From assembly GCA_965202665.1 (NCBI GenBank), contig OZ241841.1, positions 192,001 to 256,000 on the forward strand: 64,000 bases of DNA, read 5' to 3'. Source of the stretch: Candidatus Spongiisociaceae bacterium (GTDB lineage Bacteria; Actinomycetota; Acidimicrobiia; Spongiisociales; Spongiisociaceae). How positions within the stretch are numbered: position 1 is the first letter of the stretch; every line of letters begins with the position of its first letter. This document shows, one piece after another, positions 59,562 through 64,000 of this stretch. The position numbers and the translations under genes are program-made. A model generated the notes under the pieces. It was not told where the DNA came from, searched no databases, and worked only from the letters and a program-made list of their open reading frames with translations.

Positions 59562-60917
59562 TCAGCCGGAAACCAGGGCACGCACCCGGTCGGTCAGTTC
59601 CCGCACCCGCCCCCGGTCGGGGGCCTCGGCGTTGAGGCGGAGCAAAGGCTCGGTGTTGCTCGGACGCAAGTTGAACCACCGGTCGCCCAAATCCACCGTC
59701 ACCCCGTCCAGAAAATCCTTTTCCGCCTCCGGGAAAGCCTCCCCCGCCGCCCGCATGACCCGTTCCGCCCGCCCGGGGCCGGCCAGCGGCAGGTTTATCT
59801 CCCCGGAAGCGGCGTACCTTTCATAGCGGCGGCGCAACCCGGAAAGGGTTTCGCCCGATTCGGTGAGGGCAGCCAGCAAAACCAGCATGGCCAGCATGCC
59901 GCTGTCCGCCCCGTAGTTGTCGCGGAAGTAATAGTGACCGGAATGCTCCCCGCCGAACACCGCCCCCTCCTGCGCCATCACCTGTTTGATGAACGAATGC
60001 CCCACCCGGGTGCGGACGGGCTCGCCTCCCCGCTCCCGGATTATTTCGGGAACCGCCCGGGAGCAGATCAGGTTGTGCACGATGCGCGCCCCCGGCTCCC
60101 GATCCAGATACCAGGAGCTAATGATGGAAACGGCGACGCTGCCGGACAGAACAGCCCCGGTTTCGTCCACGAAAACCGCCCGGTCGGCGTCCCCGTCGAA
60201 AGCCACCCCCAAATCCGCCCCCTCCGCCCGCACCTTGGCTATCAAGTCCGTCAGGTTGGCCGGTTGCAACGGGTCCGCCGGATGGTTGGGGAAGGCCGGG
60301 TCCGGTTCCAGGTACAAGCCGGACAGGCGGGCCGGCAAACGTTGGAACAGACGCTCCAGCGCCACCCCCGCCATCCCGTTGCCGCCGTCCGCCGCCGTCA
60401 AACGGGGGCCGATCCAAGCCGGATCCACCACTCCCAGCAGATGCTCCAAGTAATCGGGGATCGGGTCGTAAAACTCGGTCATTCGCCCCGCCCCGCCGAC
60501 CGAGGGGGCGGAGCCGGCCTCCATCGCCAAACGTTGAATGTCCGGCAAACCGGTTTCGGCGCCGATGGGGGCCGCCCCCCGGCGGCACAACTTAATTCCG
60601 TTGTATTCGGCTGGGTTGTGGGAGGCGGTGATCATCGCCCCCGGAATGTCCATGCGCCCGGAACAGAAATAAACGGCGTCGGTGGGCACCCGCCCCAAAT
60701 CAACTATCCGCATCCCCCCCTGGGTCGCCCCGCTGGCGAAGGCCCCGGCCAGCGCATCCGACGACTCCCGGAAATCCCGCCCCACCGCCGCCCGCTCCGC
60801 CCCGGTAAAAGCGGCGAACGCCCGTCCCACCGCCCGGGCCGCTTCCTCGTCCAGGTCCCCGTTGTCAACCCGGCCCCGAATGTCGTAGGCTTTGAAAATG
60901 ACGTCCAACCGCCCCAA
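59562..60917 (-). CDS. manB: Phosphomannomutase/phosphoglucomutase
   Basis: FKAYDIRG, TASHNP, FDGDADR, GEHSGH, RPSNTEP; TTG start inferred. Confidence 0.9.
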   Translation of the reverse strand: MGRLDVIFKAYDIRGRVDNGDLDEEAARAVGRAFAAFTGAERAAVGRDFRESSDALAGAFASGATQGGMRIVDLGRVPTDAVYFCSGRMDIPGAMITASHNPAEYNGIKLCRRGAAPIGAETGLPDIQRLAMEAGSAPSVGGAGRMTEFYDPIPDYLEHLLGVVDPAWIGPRLTAADGGNGMAGVALERLFQRLPARLSGLYLEPDPAFPNHPADPLQPANLTDLIAKVRAEGADLGVAFDGDADRAVFVDETGAVLSGSVAVSIISSWYLDREPGARIVHNLICSRAVPEIIRERGGEPVRTRVGHSFIKQVMAQEGAVFGGEHSGHYYFRDNYGADSGMLAMLVLLAALTESGETLSGLRRRYERYAASGEINLPLAGPGRAERVMRAAGEAFPEAEKDFLDGVTVDLGDRWFNLRPSNTEPLLRLNAEAPDRGRVRELTDRVRALVSG

Positions 60918-60999
60918 CGTTTTCTTCCTTTCCGGTTTCCCCGGCCGGGCCTTGCCCTGCGCGGACGGAGAGGCCGGATAGAACCCTACACTTTCTTGA

Positions 61000-61725
61000 A
61001 TGCCCGAAACCGCCATCGCCATCGTCATTCCGGTCCGTAACGAGGGCCCTTTTTTGAGCCCGGCGTTGGAGCAGATAACCAGGCAAGTCCAATCCGTCCG
61101 CCTTGACTACCGCATCGTTTTAGTGGAAAACGGGTCCGTCGACGACACCGGCCAACAGGCTGTCTCCTTAGCCGGGGACGACCCCCGGGCGCTGGCGCTG
61201 CGCCTCCCCCGCGCCGACTACGGGCGTTCCGTGCGCCGCGGGATGGAGGAAGCGGCGGCGCCGAACCGCGGGTGGATCATCCTTTTCCATCTTGACCGGT
61301 TCTCCGGGGAGTTCGTCCAATATGCGATGAACAGCGCCGCGGATGTTATCACCGACGCCGGGTCAAGGCCGGAAACTCCCGATGGCGGATCCCGGTTTGG
61401 CCATCGGGCGTTGAAAGCGCTGGGCCGTTTGACCGGTTTGCCGTCCGGGGTCGCATACGGGGGGAGGCGCCTCATAGCCCTGCGCGCCCCGGTCGCCGCG
61501 GCTTTGCTGAGCCAGATTGAACGGGAACACGATTTGTTTGACGCGGAAATGTTGATCAGGGCCGAGATGTCCGGATATCAAACAGAAGAAGCTCCGGTTG
61601 CGGTGGAAGAGCTACGCCCTCCCCGCTCCTCGTTCCTCCGCAGCCTCCCCGGCATCCTGCGGGGAATGCTCGTTCTCCGGCGCTCCCTGCGACGCAATCC
61701 TCCCCGCCCCGCCGGTCCCCGCTGA
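61000..61725 (+). CDS. GT2 family glycosyltransferase (polyprenol-phosphate glycosyltransferase-like), divergent
   Basis: IVIPV.NE, VENGS.D.T, FD.E.L..A...G...E.PV. Confidence 0.75.
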   Translation: MPETAIAIVIPVRNEGPFLSPALEQITRQVQSVRLDYRIVLVENGSVDDTGQQAVSLAGDDPRALALRLPRADYGRSVRRGMEEAAAPNRGWIILFHLDRFSGEFVQYAMNSAADVITDAGSRPETPDGGSRFGHRALKALGRLTGLPSGVAYGGRRLIALRAPVAAALLSQIEREHDLFDAEMLIRAEMSGYQTEEAPVAVEELRPPRSSFLRSLPGILRGMLVLRRSLRRNPPRPAGPR

Positions 61726-63999
61726 CTCCGGAGATTCTGATGATCCCGCCCGCGCCCGGCGGCCGCGCGACGCTATCCACAACGCGACCGCAACAGCCAA
61801 ACCGGCCAGGGTCAGCAGGCCCCCCGCCCATTCCACCGAGGTGCGCTCAAAGGTGATCTCCACTTCCTCGTCGGTGGGTATCACCACCATCAAAGAGGGA
61901 GTGGCCCGCCACGGGCCCTCGGCTCCCCGCGCCCGCCAGTTGGGGAAATAGGAAACCTTCACCAGATGGGGCACGCCCACCGCGGTGGTGCGAAAGGCGA
62001 TTCGGTGGTCCTCCAACACCACGTCCGACGCCTCCCCCACCGTCCTCACCGGAGCCCGTACCCCGTCCAAATCAAATCCCACCCGTTGCCATTCGGGGGG
62101 GCCGTCCTCCACCACCAACTGATCGATGAACGTAATGTCGTCGTACCAGCGTAAAGCCATGTCCTGGAAAAACTGGGTCTGGCGGGGACGGAACACCCTG
62201 CCCAAAGACTCCCATGCGGACTCGTCTTCGACTTCGTACACCCACGGCTGGTATATCACCGGCTCCACCAGGGAACTTTCAGGCAGACGGTAAATCACAA
62301 ACGGCTCGGTTTCCGCCAGCCGCACCAGGTCGGGATTGCCGTCGGCTTGCAGCTTGGCCTCTTCGGTGAAAGCCACATAGTAGGAAACGTTGAACAGATC
62401 CATGTGAGGCAGCCCGCGTTCCAAGTCGTAGTTGTAATAGGTGAGGCCGGGAATCGGATTGGAGGCTTTGAAACTCATCTCCGCCGAGTTGAGAAAATGG
62501 AAGGGGGTGGTGATGGAGGATTCGAAGAACAGTCCCTCCATGGAAGGGTGGGTGCCCTCGGTCCAGTAGGGAAACAGCATGAGGGACATGGGAGTGCCGT
62601 ATTTATTCATTTCTTTGCTGTACTCCCACTGCACCCGGCCCGGCGGCAGATCCCCCACCGTATCCATCACGTCCCGGTATTCGCCCCATTCCGCCTTGCC
62701 CTCGTATCCTTCATAGTTCCATCGCGCCCAGGAGTTCACGTAGTTTTCCCCGGTGACCGTTCCCGCGAAGGAGGGCAAAATCAAGGCCGCCGCCGCCACG
62801 CAGGACAATGTCATCCCGGTGGGCATCGTCCGGGGAGCGGCCAAAAGGGCGATCGCCACCACCGCCGCTATCAGCAAAACCCGGTCCGCTTCCGAGATCC
62901 GTTGCAGGGCCCAACTCCATCGTCCGCCGCCCCCTATCCCCTCCCCTCCGATGGAAGCCCCGAACACCGCCGCCCACACCGCCGCTACCAGGGCGGCCTG
63001 AAACCAGATGGTCCGGAAGCGGTCGGGAAGACGGCGCAACAGCAAAGTCAAAGCCCATCCCACCGCTATCCCCGTAAACAGAAACATACCGAAGAACCAC
63101 TGCGGCAACACCCGTCCGTTCCACAGCATCGCCCCCTGGTCCAGCGCGAAATACCCGCCCACCGGAAGCAACGTAAGGAGGGCCAGGGGAAGGGCCCGAA
63201 TAGTCAAACGCAGCGCCACGGCCATTCCCGCCATGCCCATCAGGATCATCGGCCACAACTCGGGGGGGAGCAACTCGTCCCAGCCGGACAGGGAACTCCA
63301 GTTCATATCATTGGAAAGCCCCAGCCGGGCCAGCAACGGCACGGCCCAAAAAGCGGCCAGCGAAAATCCGAAAAGCCAGGTTCCGGCCACGGTCCGCAAC
63401 CGGGTCACCCTGGTGAGGGCCACTACCAAGGAGGCGAACACCACCATCAGGGTGGGGATGAGATGGCAGAGGGCGGTGGCCGCCAACGCCACTCCCGCCC
63501 ACAGAAAATATCGGCGCTCCCGGTCGTAAACGGCCCGCATCAGGCATCCCAGATAGACGAAGGACAGGGCGAAGGCCCACGAGTAGGTGAACTCGCCGGC
63601 CAGCGTGGAGGCGATGGTTCCCCCGAAAATCTGCGGGGTGGGATTTTCCATAAAGACGTACATCGCCCCCGCCGCCCCGGCCAGGGTGGAAACCAACCGG
63701 TTGAAGCGCATGGAGCGCACCAGGAAATAGACGGAGGGGGCCAGGGCCGCCAAACCCACCACGGTCATCATTTTGAAAGCCACCCCGTAGGGGAGGAACA
63801 AGTCGAAGGCCACGATGAAGAGGGCGGGCAACGGGAAATAGAAGTAGAAAACGGGAAACCCGGCGTACCAGCCGTTGGACCATCCTTGGATGCGCCCGCC
63901 CGGCAACAGGGTGTCGCGCAGGTAGGCGGGGCCGAAAACGTGGGCTCCCAAATCCCCGCCGGTGGGGGTGTTGTCGACGAATATCAGATCCGGGGCCAT
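61612..63999 (-). CDS. Large multi-TM GT-C-like membrane protein (PTPS-related membrane family), probably starting beyond the window
   Basis: GGDLGAH, GW...WYAGFP...FYFP, many TM segments; C-terminal LVKVSYFPNW. Confidence 0.75.
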   Translation of the reverse strand: MAPDLIFVDNTPTGGDLGAHVFGPAYLRDTLLPGGRIQGWSNGWYAGFPVFYFYFPLPALFIVAFDLFLPYGVAFKMMTVVGLAALAPSVYFLVRSMRFNRLVSTLAGAAGAMYVFMENPTPQIFGGTIASTLAGEFTYSWAFALSFVYLGCLMRAVYDRERRYFLWAGVALAATALCHLIPTLMVVFASLVVALTRVTRLRTVAGTWLFGFSLAAFWAVPLLARLGLSNDMNWSSLSGWDELLPPELWPMILMGMAGMAVALRLTIRALPLALLTLLPVGGYFALDQGAMLWNGRVLPQWFFGMFLFTGIAVGWALTLLLRRLPDRFRTIWFQAALVAAVWAAVFGASIGGEGIGGGGRWSWALQRISEADRVLLIAAVVAIALLAAPRTMPTGMTLSCVAAAALILPSFAGTVTGENYVNSWARWNYEGYEGKAEWGEYRDVMDTVGDLPPGRVQWEYSKEMNKYGTPMSLMLFPYWTEGTHPSMEGLFFESSITTPFHFLNSAEMSFKASNPIPGLTYYNYDLERGLPHMDLFNVSYYVAFTEEAKLQADGNPDLVRLAETEPFVIYRLPESSLVEPVIYQPWVYEVEDESAWESLGRVFRPRQTQFFQDMALRWYDDITFIDQLVVEDGPPEWQRVGFDLDGVRAPVRTVGEASDVVLEDHRIAFRTTAVGVPHLVKVSYFPNWRARGAEGPWRATPSLMVVIPTDEEVEITFERTSVEWAGGLLTLAGLAVAVALWIASRGRRARAGSSESPESAGTGGAGRIASQGAPENEHSPQDAGEAAEERGAGRA

Positions 64000-64000
64000 G

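Overview
High-GC bacterial chromosome segment, most consistent with Actinomycetota, probably Acidimicrobiia. This is inferred from gene order, the short actinobacterial-type proteins and the LRR/SLH surface proteins that are common in sponge-associated members. It is mostly housekeeping: etfA, rpsO-pnp, gatCAB, rimP-nusA-infB-rbfA-nrnA-truB-ribF, proS, rpsB-tsf-pyrH-frr-cdsA-dxr-rseP-ispG, comM-dprA-xerC, rph-rdgB, ftsEX-M23-smpB-ssrA, prfB (programmed +1 frameshift), secA, hpf, comF and a phosphomannomutase. Accessory inserts: (i) a low-GC islet between gatB and ribF (two orphan ORFs, a truncated HD-phosphohydrolase-like ORF, a DUF3800 gene); (ii) two paralogous secreted LRR-SLH proteins, one with an AT-rich LRR+metzincin core, inside a block that separates yraN from comM; (iii) a stand-alone Mad3/Mad4-like ABC-ATPase plus partner pair right behind tmRNA. 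The best non-obvious signal is a recurring promoter, (T/C)GTC(A/G)(C/T)-N10-TAnnnT, with PafBC/RecA-NDp-like geometry. It lies upstream of comF, yraN, comM-dprA-xerC, rseP and one LRR-SLH gene, suggesting a shared DNA-damage/transformation regulon. All protein calls come from motif recognition by eye; no database searches were run.
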